Shown: in pieces, positions 17,538 to 26,073 of the stretch
Layout: every line of letters starts with the position of its first letter
Position numbering within the stretch: the stretch's first letter is position 1
From: an uncultured Eubacteriales bacterium
GTDB taxonomy: Bacteria; Bacillota; Clostridia; Christensenellales; Aristaeellaceae
Reading direction: 5' to 3'
DNA length: 64,000 bases
Assembly: GCA_902764285.1 (NCBI GenBank)
Contig: CACWVN010000022.1
Span: 1,446-65,445, forward strand
Translations under genes and position numbers: made by a program
Notes under the pieces: generated by a model
Databases searched by the model: none
Seen by the model: the letters and a program-made list of their open reading frames with translations, nothing else
What the model was told of the DNA's origin: nothing

Positions 17538-18407
17538 ATGGAGTATATCACTTTGAACAACGGCATCAGGATGCCCCAGGAAGGCTTCGGCGTGTTCCAG
17601 GTCCGCGACAAAGAGGAGTGCAAACGCTCCGTGTTGGATGCGATCCGCGCTGGCTATCGACTGATCGACACGGCAGCTTCCTACACCAATGAGGACGCTG
17701 TCGGCGAGGCGATCCGGGAAGCGATCGCAGAAGGGCTCTGTACCCGCGAGGAGCTGTTCATCACCTCCAAGATGTGGGTGCAGGATATGCAGAACGAGCA
17801 GATGGCTGCCGCCGCCATCGACGCTTCTCTGAAGAATCTCGGCTTGGAATACCTGGATCTGTATCTGCTGCATCAGGCAATGCGGGACTATTTCTCGGCC
17901 TGGCGCGCGATGGAAAAGGCCTATAGGGCTGGCAAGATCCGCGCCATCGGCGTTTCCAACTTCTATTCGCACACCCTGACCAACTTCTGTGAAACGGTGG
18001 AGATCCGTCCTGCCGTCAATCAGGTGGAGCTGCATCCGTATTACACACAGGAAGCGGCGCTGGAGACCATGAAATACTATGGTGTGCAGCCCGAGGCCTG
18101 GGCACCGTTGGGCGGTGGACGCTACAAGCCCTTTGAAAATGAAATGCTTGCCGGCATCGCCTCAGCCCATGGAAAGACCATCGGCCAGGTGGTGCTGCGC
18201 TGGAATGTGCAGCGCGGCGTCGTGGTGATTCCCAAGTCCACGCACAAGGAGCGCATTGAGGAAAACTATGACATCTGGGATTTTTCCCTCACAGACGAGG
18301 AAATGAAGCAGATTTCCTCGCTGGACATGGGCTATCAGGGCACGGCCATCAAGCACTTTGATCCGGATTTCGTGCGCATGTGCACGGGGCGAAAGATTCA
18401 CGATTGA
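17538..18407 (+). CDS. aldo/keto reductase
   Basis: Contains GYRLIDTAASYTNE, LFITSKMW and LDLYLLH motifs. Confidence 0.85.
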   Translation: MEYITLNNGIRMPQEGFGVFQVRDKEECKRSVLDAIRAGYRLIDTAASYTNEDAVGEAIREAIAEGLCTREELFITSKMWVQDMQNEQMAAAAIDASLKNLGLEYLDLYLLHQAMRDYFSAWRAMEKAYRAGKIRAIGVSNFYSHTLTNFCETVEIRPAVNQVELHPYYTQEAALETMKYYGVQPEAWAPLGGGRYKPFENEMLAGIASAHGKTIGQVVLRWNVQRGVVVIPKSTHKERIEENYDIWDFSLTDEEMKQISSLDMGYQGTAIKHFDPDFVRMCTGRKIHD

Positions 18408-18431
18408 CATGAAAGAAACGGATTGTATTGA

Positions 18432-18722
18432 GGAGGATCATCATGGAATACGCCCATGGGGAAGCTCATGGTGACGATGCTGCTGGGTTTTGCCGAGTTT
18501 GAAAGGGACCTGATCTACGAAAGGACGCAGTCCGGCAGGGCTGCCGCGAGGGCCAATGGGGTCCGTGTGGATGGGCGCCCGCCGAAATATTCGCGGGATC
18601 AGCGTAAGCTCGCCATGGATCTGCTGGCGCAGGGAAAATCGTATACGCAAGTGGAGCGCATGACTGGCATCAGCCGGAGCACACTTGTGCGGGAACACAG
18701 GAAAGTCATTGCGTCCTCGTAG
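18432..18722 (+). pseudogene. small serine recombinase (resolvase/invertase), C-terminal fragment
   Basis: NTPMGKLMVTMLLGFAEFERDLIYERTQSG plus a C-terminal helix-turn-helix. The catalytic N-terminal ~90 aa are missing and the frame opens only at 18432. Confidence 0.7.
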
Positions 18723-18744
18723 AGGATGGTCCAATAAAAAAATA

Positions 18745-18770
18745 CGGAGGTTCCGATCATGGAACCTCCG
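18745..18770 (+). terminator. Rho-independent terminator
   Basis: 10-bp stem CGGAGGTTCC-GATCAT-GGAACCTCCG followed by a T-rich stretch. Confidence 0.55.
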
Positions 18771-18921
18771 CTTATTTCTGGGAAAAACTGGTTTTCCCAA
18801 TCGAGAAAACTCCGTGATTTTTCCCAGATTTTTCCCAGAAGCCTCTTGGGAAAGCACCGAACCACAATATATAGGGTTTCGACACCGGAAAGCCACGATA
18901 TAGTGGGGCTTTTTAGTCGAT

Positions 18922-18939
18922 CGGTTTCATCGTCGGGAA
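18922..18939. repeat. attL core (displaced original lysS 3' end)
   Basis: CGGTTTCATCGTCGGGAA. Read on the minus strand, it continues ...FPTMKPID-stop. Confidence 0.75.
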
Positions 18940-19057
18940 AACCCGGCAGATTTTCACATAAGTCCACGCATGTCTCCAAATGCCTCATACAGAGCGGGAC
19001 TATCCTGTCCACCCCCACGCATCTCTACGATTTCCAAACGTATTTCACCAGTCATTT

Positions 19058-19135
19058 GGTGTAAAAACGGTGTAGTAGTGTAGGTGTAGTGAAAACGTAC
19101 CGATTAGCCATCGGCGACTGCTGCCCTTGGTGTAG
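19058..19135 (+). repeat. GGTGTA(A/G) repeats (candidate integrase arm-type sites), integrase-proximal end
   Basis: Five copies at 19058, 19069, 19078, 19083 and 19129, just inside attL. Confidence 0.5.
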
Positions 19136-19161
19136 TGCCAATCCTGCGAAACGCCTTGCTC

Positions 19162-20391
19162 TCAGCGGATTCTGATCTTGCCCGACAGATTGGCGAATGA
19201 CTGAACTTTAGCGTCCTGAGTAGCCTCAGCGTACACATCCATCGTGGTTTTGATGTCCTTATGGCCGAGAATCTCCTGGATGACCTTCAGGTTCGTCTCA
19301 TTCTCACAGTAGCGGGTCGCAAAGGTGTGGCGAAGGTTGTGGCAGGAAAAGTGGGGGATAAGCAAGGGCTTGCGATTCTGCTTGTCCGCCCGTTCGAGTT
19401 CTTCTTCGTTGTAGGCGAGGGTGATCCGGGCGATGGTGCGGTTGATCGTTTGCGGGTTGTGCGGGCAGCCGTCTCGATTCAGGAAGATGAAATCGGTGTA
19501 ACCGTCCACAGTTGCCTTGCATTTTAAACCAACCTCAGTCTGATACGCCTTTTCGTCCAGTATGGCCTGCCTGACCTCTGGCAGCATCGGAATGATGCGT
19601 TTCCCAGCCGGCGTCTTGGGCGTTGTGACCGAATAGTAGCACTTGCCCATGTCGCGCTGGTAGTAGACCATGTTGTGGTTGATAGAGATCAGATTCCGCT
19701 CGAAGTCGATATCCTCCCAGCGCAGGCCGACAATCTCGGATACGCGGCAGCCCGTTCCCAGGAAGAAGGTGAACAGCGGCAGCCAGTGCCGGTACTTTGG
19801 CATCTTCGCGGTAAATTCGACGAACGCTTGCTGCTGATCGATGGTCAGAGCGTGACGCTTGGGCGTTTCATAGTTGTGTGCCCGCTTGATGTCGCCCAGG
19901 ACTTCATCCGTAGGGTTCAGGCGGATGTATCCATCCTCCACAGCCAGCTTGAAAACCTGATGCAGCACGTTGTGGATGGTCTCCAGCGTGTTTACCGCCA
20001 TCTTCTTCGCGTCCAACATGCCATTGTACAATCGCCGTACATCGGACTTCCGTATCTTCTGAATCCGCCTCTTGCCAAACTCGCCCATGACGAAGTGTTC
20101 ATACATATAGATGTAGTTTCCGAAGGTGGTCTGCTTCAAACCCTTCTTGTCCTTCTTCCACATCTCATAGACATCGTTCAGCGTGATGTTGGATTCCCCG
20201 ACACGGATGCCGTCCCGAAGATCGTGCAGTATATCGTCCTCTTTTAGCCGCAGTCCTTCAAGCGTCGCGTCATAGATCGTATGGCGCTTCTTGTCATCTG
20301 TCGTCCAGCGGTACATGTACAGCCCTTCGCTCTTGCGGTAGCTCTCGCCCTCTCGAAGTACTCTTCCCTTGGCATCTTTCCTCTTTTGCAT
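19162..20391 (-). CDS. tyrosine-type site-specific integrase
   Basis: GGAGGAG ribosome-binding site before MQKRKDAKG. The C-terminal catalytic region contains RVSEIVGLRW, HNLRHTFATR and LGHKDIKTTMDVYA motifs. Confidence 0.85.
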   Translation of the reverse strand: MQKRKDAKGRVLREGESYRKSEGLYMYRWTTDDKKRHTIYDATLEGLRLKEDDILHDLRDGIRVGESNITLNDVYEMWKKDKKGLKQTTFGNYIYMYEHFVMGEFGKRRIQKIRKSDVRRLYNGMLDAKKMAVNTLETIHNVLHQVFKLAVEDGYIRLNPTDEVLGDIKRAHNYETPKRHALTIDQQQAFVEFTAKMPKYRHWLPLFTFFLGTGCRVSEIVGLRWEDIDFERNLISINHNMVYYQRDMGKCYYSVTTPKTPAGKRIIPMLPEVRQAILDEKAYQTEVGLKCKATVDGYTDFIFLNRDGCPHNPQTINRTIARITLAYNEEELERADKQNRKPLLIPHFSCHNLRHTFATRYCENETNLKVIQEILGHKDIKTTMDVYAEATQDAKVQSFANLSGKIRIR

Positions 20392-20515
20392 TGATACTCC
20401 TCCTCTCAAGTTGTGAAGACTTCTATCCCCACGACTGTCGAAGAGGGTCCCTGTAGATATTATACCATACAGGGACCGTTTTGTGTGAGGATTAGGTCGA
20501 TTTTTACACATTTAT

Positions 20516-20716
20516 TTAGATGGAATATGCCTTTTCGATGTATTCATCCAGCTTTCTACGCTTAATCAAGCGGCGGGTGCCGTTCCACAGCACGAACGGA
20601 CAACGTTGATCATCGCTCATTTTGCGCAGCTTATTGATACCAATGCCGGAATAAGCCGCAGCCTCCTCCAGCGTCAGGTTACTCTTTTCCCAGACAGGAA
20701 CCATCTTTCTTTCCAT
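20516..20716 (-). CDS. excisionase / helix-turn-helix DNA-binding protein
   Basis: 66-aa ORF with an AGGAGG ribosome-binding site and an LTLEEAAAYSGIGINKLRKM helix-turn-helix, immediately upstream of the integrase. Confidence 0.7.
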   Translation of the reverse strand: MERKMVPVWEKSNLTLEEAAAYSGIGINKLRKMSDDQRCPFVLWNGTRRLIKRRKLDEYIEKAYSI

Positions 20717-20772
20717 TGATTCACCTCCTTCTTGCAAATAATAATACACTGTAAACATACTGTACCGTGTGT

Positions 20773-22092
20773 CTATAGGGAATGATAATCTCTTCGGGAG
20801 GCTCTGCGCTGCTGTGCCAGCAGCCGCTCCCGATGCTCGGCTTCCCGCTCCATCTGCTCTGCGGCAGCCAGCGCGTCGTCGACGGTCGGGTTGCCCAATA
20901 CCCGCCGGACGCGGGAGAGATCGTGCTCCGCTGTCCGCATCCTGCCCATCGCCTGTTCGTTCTCATCCTCCAGCCATCGGCATTTTCCCGCCAGCCGGTC
21001 ATAGTCCTCGCACTTGCTCTTGTAGAGTGTCACCAGCTGGTTGTACTTCCGTATCAGGTCTTTGAACTGCTTGTAGATATCCCGAAGTACCGTGATGATC
21101 TTCTCGTAGACGGGCTTCGCCCTCTTCTCTCGGTAGGTCTTTGCGGATTCCAGCGCGCCAGCCTCTGGCAGCACCGCCTCCGCGTTCTTGGAGTATTTGT
21201 CCGCGAAATGCTCCAAATCCTTGATGGACGGGGCAAGCTCGTTCACGCGCCGTTTCATCTCCGATTCCTGCTTCTTCGCGGCTTCGGCTTCTTCGATGGC
21301 TTTGTCTCGCTCCGCGAGCTGGGTATCGATCACCCGGCTGACTTTCTCCAGTTGCTCCTGGAGGATGCCGTTCGCGTTTTGAAGGCTGTCGTTTCTTTCT
21401 TCGAGCAGCTCCTTCCGTTCGGTAAGCTCGGATACCTCTTTTGCCCGTTCCTGCTTTTTGAAATCCAGAACGGACAGATGCTCTTCATGGGTGCCCTTCT
21501 GCACCCATTCGATGCCGTGTTCCCGCATGATCTCGGCCAGGTGGTGCTTTTCCGCACCCACCCATTGATTCCACTCCGTCACGCCCCGCGTGCCACCCTT
21601 GAAGCCCAGCGCCGCCAGCGCTTGCTTCAACGATACCCGCGTGTCCAGGCCGCGCTTGCTCCCGGTCGTGTAGGGGACGAAGTCGATGTGCAGATGCGGA
21701 GTGGCCTCGTCCATGTGCAGGTGTGCTGAGAACACCCGCAGCGTGGGATTCCGTTCCTGGAAGCCGCGCATGTACTCGTCCAGGATCTGCGCCGCTTTTT
21801 CGCCGTCCGGCGTGGAGGCTCCGCAATCGTCCCTGTTGCCGATCTGGAGGATCAGTTCATGGAACGGCTTTTCCTGCTTGCCGGAGCATATCTTCTCGTA
21901 GTAGTTGGCAATGCACCTGTCCTGCCGGGTCTGCCTGGCGTTATACCGCGCTACGGCCTCGTCAAAGAGTTCATGGTAGACGGCCTTGATATCCTCGTTG
22001 ATGTATTCCCGGTTCAGATGGGTTCTCGTCGGGTCGGTGTTCTTGGCGTTGAACGTCCTGCTGTTGTGGTTCACCGATCCCTTGCCCACCAT
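20773..22092 (-). CDS. MobV-family relaxase (Mob/Pre plasmid recombination enzyme)
   Basis: Contains the HLHMDEATPHLHIDFVP histidine-triad motif and a long coiled-coil C-terminus. The true start may be a non-ATG codon a few codons upstream. Confidence 0.8.
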   Translation of the reverse strand: MVGKGSVNHNSRTFNAKNTDPTRTHLNREYINEDIKAVYHELFDEAVARYNARQTRQDRCIANYYEKICSGKQEKPFHELILQIGNRDDCGASTPDGEKAAQILDEYMRGFQERNPTLRVFSAHLHMDEATPHLHIDFVPYTTGSKRGLDTRVSLKQALAALGFKGGTRGVTEWNQWVGAEKHHLAEIMREHGIEWVQKGTHEEHLSVLDFKKQERAKEVSELTERKELLEERNDSLQNANGILQEQLEKVSRVIDTQLAERDKAIEEAEAAKKQESEMKRRVNELAPSIKDLEHFADKYSKNAEAVLPEAGALESAKTYREKRAKPVYEKIITVLRDIYKQFKDLIRKYNQLVTLYKSKCEDYDRLAGKCRWLEDENEQAMGRMRTAEHDLSRVRRVLGNPTVDDALAAAEQMEREAEHRERLLAQQRRASRRDYHSL

Positions 22093-22139
22093 CGCGCTGA
22101 TCGTTCTCTTGATTTTCTATCACATCCTTTCGCCGCGCA

Positions 22140-22300
22140 GCGGCGGCCTTTGTTACTTTCTGCGAAAGTAACGCAAAAGCACTTTTGACAGCCTTCGTCC
22201 ATCAAAAGTGCTATTGCGCTCTCCGAGGGGGCTATCAGGGGCGCTGCCCCTGCCGCCTGCGGGCGGCGTACCCCGGCAGGACTGCCCTTTGAAAAGGGCA
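22140..22300 (-). promoter_or_regulatory. candidate oriT / relaxase promoter region rich in inverted repeats
   Basis: GTTACTTTC-TGC-GAAAGTAAC (22152-22172), an 11-bp stem AGCACTTTTGA...TCAAAAGTGCT (22178-22212), and CAGGGGC-GCT-GCCCCTG, all directly upstream of the MobV gene. Confidence 0.4.
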
Positions 22301-22491
22301 TCCTACGACCTCGCCTAAACTTCATTTGCTGCCGCGCCGTAACGCTTTTCTGCCCTGATTTCAGCATGGACGATCATAGCTGCGTCCTGCTGAAATCTTC
22401 CGTTCGGAAAACCTGACCTGCTGGCTTCCTCACGGGCAAAAGCGTTACATCTTCCGGCAGCTTCGGCATCCCCGGCAAACCGCGAAGGGTT

Positions 22492-22530
22492 TGCCGTAAA
22501 TGCCGTAAATGGAGTAAATGCCGTAAATGG
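22492..22530. repeat. 9-bp iteron-like array (TGCCGTAAA units), copy 1
   Basis: About four tandem units lying 12 nt downstream of the DUF3987 stop codon. Confidence 0.7.
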
Positions 22531-22541
22531 AAAATACGGCA

Positions 22542-24134
22542 TCACTCCGAGGACTCGTACACCGCTGGATTCACCAGCACCAGTATGTCCGGTCGGCGTC
22601 CCGGCGTGGGTTGCGTGTTCGCGTCTGTCTGCAATATGTAGCCGCAGCTTTGCAGCAGCTCCAGCGTCGGGTATAAATCCTCTGACTTCTTGAAGAACTT
22701 TCCCCGACACAGCTTCGCCAGCTCCCAGCGTTTGATCGAAGTGATCCTGTCCTTTTTCAGCTTTCCCAGCACGAACTGCGCTTTCTTGATGGAAAGATCA
22801 TTCCCCATCATGGAGTAGGCATAAGCCGAATGTGCCAGGAAATACCGTCCGATCTCAATAGCCCGCCGCATGGTATCGGAGGAGATTTCCACGTCCTCCC
22901 TGTCCGGCTCCGCGACGTGCAGCAGACCGGCGATCCGCAGCACCGCGCCGATGTACTTACTGGCCCAATCCGAAATCATCTGTCCCTCACCGGCCAGATA
23001 GATTTCATGTTCATGGAAGTGATGGGCGATCACATCCGTGGCATGAGGCGTGAGCGTCAGCACCGTGGGCTTGTCCGGCTTTGGAATCGCCATGAGCCGA
23101 TAGATCATCTCCTTGTAGGCCGTTCTGATTTCTGCTGGTATCTCCGGCGTACAGAACCGCCTGCCGCCGATCATGGACGGCGGCGAGGCGTACAGAAACC
23201 GGGCGATCAAGCCCCGTCCCGCCATCGTCGCGTTGGACATGATCTCGTCCAGGACCACCGGCTGAATGGTCAGGATCGCGGACAGCGCCGGATTCGGGAT
23301 GTACTCCGGCTCCCTTCCCAGCCGATCTACCCGAATCGCGTCGCCGCAGTGTCCTTTCAGCCATACATCGATGTTGACGCGGTTGTTGTACCGCCCCGCC
23401 ATGATGTCGAAGATGCCGCCTTCCGTGGAGATCACCGACAGCACGCCGTCGTTGTTTGCCAGCAGGTTGGTCAGAGCTTCGCTGGAACAGTCGTCCGCGA
23501 AAAAGCGCACTGGCTTCACGACGGGCATCTCCTCAAGCTGGGCCTCCATGTGCTGAAGCTCCAGCTCCAGCATTTCATCCATACTGTGCCGCAGCTTCTC
23601 CTGCAGGCCGGAGATATACCGTTCCAATGATTCCCGCTCCTGTCGGTTCCGGCGAATCTCCGTCTGCCGTCCCTCGTTGAACTCCCGTTCGTAGTCGTAT
23701 AGGAACTGCATCATGTCCCGCATGACGCTGGACTTGCGCTCGCCGGGCGGCGCGATGACCACCGTGTAGAGGCTCAACGGCTCCCGATAGCCGGGCGTGC
23801 CCTCCACGACGTATTTCCCTTGCAGGCAGACCGCCAGCACGCCCAGTCCGATCACCGCCGCCATGTCCACGGCGGTCTGGCTGTGCTCCGCGACGGCCCG
23901 CACATAGTCGCGCAGGACGGTGGGCAGACAATCAACGGGAAACGGTGGCAGGTTCTCTTCCTGCCCTTTGAGTGGTACGAGCGGCTGAAACCGTCTTTCA
24001 GTCGGCGGGCTTGCCGCTGCCGCTTCAACTGCGCCGGGTGGTTCTACGGCATTTGCGGCATTTACTCCATTTACGGCATTTACGGCAACACTGTGCGCGG
24101 GAGAGGGCGTTGTCGCGTTATATTCTCCCGCCAT
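22542..24134 (-). CDS. DUF3987 domain protein (putative replication/primase-associated ATPase of mobile elements)
   Basis: The LPPFPVDCLP...AVAEHSQTAVDMAA...VVIAPPGERKSS pattern is typical of DUF3987 proteins. A GGAGG ribosome-binding site favours the start at 24134 (MAGEY). Confidence 0.65.
   Translation of the reverse strand: MAGEYNATTPSPAHSVAVNAVNGVNAANAVEPPGAVEAAAASPPTERRFQPLVPLKGQEENLPPFPVDCLPTVLRDYVRAVAEHSQTAVDMAAVIGLGVLAVCLQGKYVVEGTPGYREPLSLYTVVIAPPGERKSSVMRDMMQFLYDYEREFNEGRQTEIRRNRQERESLERYISGLQEKLRHSMDEMLELELQHMEAQLEEMPVVKPVRFFADDCSSEALTNLLANNDGVLSVISTEGGIFDIMAGRYNNRVNIDVWLKGHCGDAIRVDRLGREPEYIPNPALSAILTIQPVVLDEIMSNATMAGRGLIARFLYASPPSMIGGRRFCTPEIPAEIRTAYKEMIYRLMAIPKPDKPTVLTLTPHATDVIAHHFHEHEIYLAGEGQMISDWASKYIGAVLRIAGLLHVAEPDREDVEISSDTMRRAIEIGRYFLAHSAYAYSMMGNDLSIKKAQFVLGKLKKDRITSIKRWELAKLCRGKFFKKSEDLYPTLELLQSCGYILQTDANTQPTPGRRPDILVLVNPAVYESSE
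24045..24087. repeat. 9-bp iteron-like array, copy 2 (inverted orientation)
   Basis: About five units (TACGGCATT). It is the reverse complement of copy 1 with 35/36 matches, and lies inside the 5' coding region of the DUF3987 gene. Confidence 0.7.
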
Positions 24135-24790
24135 GTTCTGAACCTCCGATTGTCGAATGGTCGTGTTCTTTTCGTTCAAGTATTGTCAACCTCCAAAAGT
24201 TTTACTTTTCATTTGGCGGCTGCTGTGCTATACTATTCTTGCAACGGGATAGCAAGCGCGGCAGCCGCCGCGCGGACTGTCTTTCAAAACGCTCTTGTCT
24301 GCCAGGACGAGAGCTTTTTGTTTTTATCCGCTGCCTCGTTGATGCTGAAACCAGCTTTGTATTCTCCCATTGCGTCACCTCCTTCCGCTGAGAGGATAGA
24401 CTTATCCCTTGGTGTGATTTTTGCTCCGTTCTTCCCACCCGCATCTGGCCGATGCCCACAGGCTTTCGCCTCCCCGCTCCCGCCGGGCTGTCCCCATTGC
24501 GTGATCCGCTTTCGCGGGCTGTGGCTGGACAGGAGTATCATTATCCCCATCATGCGTCCTGGCGATCAGGCCCTGCCGCGGACCCGACTGGCACCTCCGT
24601 GGATCGCTCCCCGCTTGTCAGCGGATCGTCGCGCCGGGATGCCTTCGCTCGGCATGATGGGAACGTAGGTTGGAGAACCTTATGAAGTTGTCTGTGATGA
24701 TGAACTCTACTGTTCATTATCACAGCTTGCATTATAATGTACATCTGTGTTCATGTCAAGAAGAAATGAGCAGTTACGCACATATTTAAC

Positions 24791-24819
24791 TTGATATTTG
24801 CATTACAGCCGTATATAAT
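24791..24819 (+). promoter_or_regulatory. sigma-A type promoter of the XRE regulator gene
   Basis: TTGATA, a 17-nt spacer, then TATAAT. The TTGCATTA motif recurs at 24727 and 24798. Confidence 0.45.
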
Positions 24820-24861
24820 GGAATCAGCGAAGAAACGGCACGAAACGGGGAGGAACGACCC

Positions 24862-25416
24862 ATGACGATAGGCGAGAAGATCAAGCGGGTACGCAAGTTC
24901 CGCAAGATGACGCAGGCGGAGCTGGGCACGGCGGTTGGCCTGGGAGAGAACGCCCAGAATCGCATCGCCCACTACGAGCGCGGCACCCGCGTCCCGCAGA
25001 AGGAGCTGCTGGACAGGATGGCGGAGGTGCTGGACGTGAACCGCTATATGCTCTATGATCTGACCGGGCAGAATAACAGCGAGTTCATTCAGATGATGTT
25101 CTGGATCGAGGAAGTCAATCCCGGTATCTTTAAGCTGTTCCAGCTCCAGAAGTTCCCCGGCGAGAAGTGCAACGAAAGCGACGATCCGGGCGTGTACTAT
25201 CACGACACCGACAATTGGCCCGCGCACCCGCCCGTGGGTATGTGGTTCTCCGGCGGCATCCTCAACAGCTTTATGAAGGAATGGCTGCTCCGCATGGAAG
25301 AAAAAAAGGCTGGCCTGATCTCCAAGGAAGAATACTTCGAATGGAAGATCAATTGGCCGGATACCTGTGACGACTGTGGGAAGTTTGAACCGAAGAAGCA
25401 GTGGAGAAAAGTATAA
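24862..25416 (+). CDS. XRE family helix-turn-helix transcriptional regulator
   Basis: N-terminal IGEKIKRVRKFRKMTQAELGTAVG helix-turn-helix plus a ~110-aa C-terminal domain of unknown function. Confidence 0.75.
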   Translation: MTIGEKIKRVRKFRKMTQAELGTAVGLGENAQNRIAHYERGTRVPQKELLDRMAEVLDVNRYMLYDLTGQNNSEFIQMMFWIEEVNPGIFKLFQLQKFPGEKCNESDDPGVYYHDTDNWPAHPPVGMWFSGGILNSFMKEWLLRMEEKKAGLISKEEYFEWKINWPDTCDDCGKFEPKKQWRKV

Positions 25417-25560
25417 AAAAGTGATGACATGGCTCCCGGAAATAATGCCGGGAGTTTGTCATGCAGTCTGAGAGATTTTTTGTTAATTTATTATGAATCG
25501 CTCCTAAATGCAATTCTGTAATATGACTCAATTGTATTATGCGTGAAAGGGGGGATGAAC

Positions 25561-26073
25561 ATGGAGCTGTCTCCGGCGCGCAGAGACGGTGTAATGGACG
25601 CTATGAAGCGGTATTCATCCATGGTCTATCGCCTGGCCTACGCGCGGACGCGCAATCATGCCGATGCGGAGGATATCTATCAGGAGGTGTTCCTGAAGCT
25701 GGCGAAGGCCGACATTTCCTTTGAGGATCAGGAACACGTGAAGGCGTGGCTGCTGCGGGTGACGGTCAATTGTTCGGTGAATTTCTTTCGGAGCGCCTGG
25801 CGGCGACATGTTCAGACGGTCGAGGCGCTTCCGGAGAGAGCCTCTCCATTGATTGACGATGCTCGCTATGAATCGCTGAACCGGGCATTGGACAGCTTGC
25901 CCGCCCGCTACCGCGCCGTCATACATCTATATTACTATGAAGAAATGTCCGTGGATGAAATATCGGCTGTATTAAACACCAAGCCCGCTACGATCCGCTC
26001 CCGCCTCGCGCGGGGCAGGGAACGACTGAAGCGGGAACTGACGCAGAACAAGGAGGCGAATCCGAATGCTTAA
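25561..26073 (+). CDS. ECF-type RNA polymerase sigma factor
   Basis: Region 2 (AEDIYQEVFLKL) and region 4 (YYEEMSVDEISAVLNTKPATIRSRLARGR) are both present. Confidence 0.8.
   Translation: MELSPARRDGVMDAMKRYSSMVYRLAYARTRNHADAEDIYQEVFLKLAKADISFEDQEHVKAWLLRVTVNCSVNFFRSAWRRHVQTVEALPERASPLIDDARYESLNRALDSLPARYRAVIHLYYYEEMSVDEISAVLNTKPATIRSRLARGRERLKRELTQNKEANPNA

Noticed and set aside
18922-18939. tRNA gene as the integration site of the element, and tRNA or rRNA genes anywhere in the window.
   Set aside because: The repeat corresponds to the last codons of lysS, not a tRNA 3' end. I saw no cloverleaf-compatible sequence or rRNA-like stretch by eye. A tRNAscan/Infernal run would be needed for certainty.
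22071-22710. ORFs 22071-22367(-) and 22315-22710(-) in the relaxase upstream region.
   Set aside because: They overlap the hairpin-dense oriT-like block and the iteron array. Their translations are low-complexity, and they have no ribosome-binding site.
22492-24087. Possible CRISPR array, based on the short tandem TGCCGTAAA repeats.
   Set aside because: The units are only 9 bp and contiguous with no spacers. One array is inside a CDS, and there are no cas genes. They are better described as iteron-like repeats.
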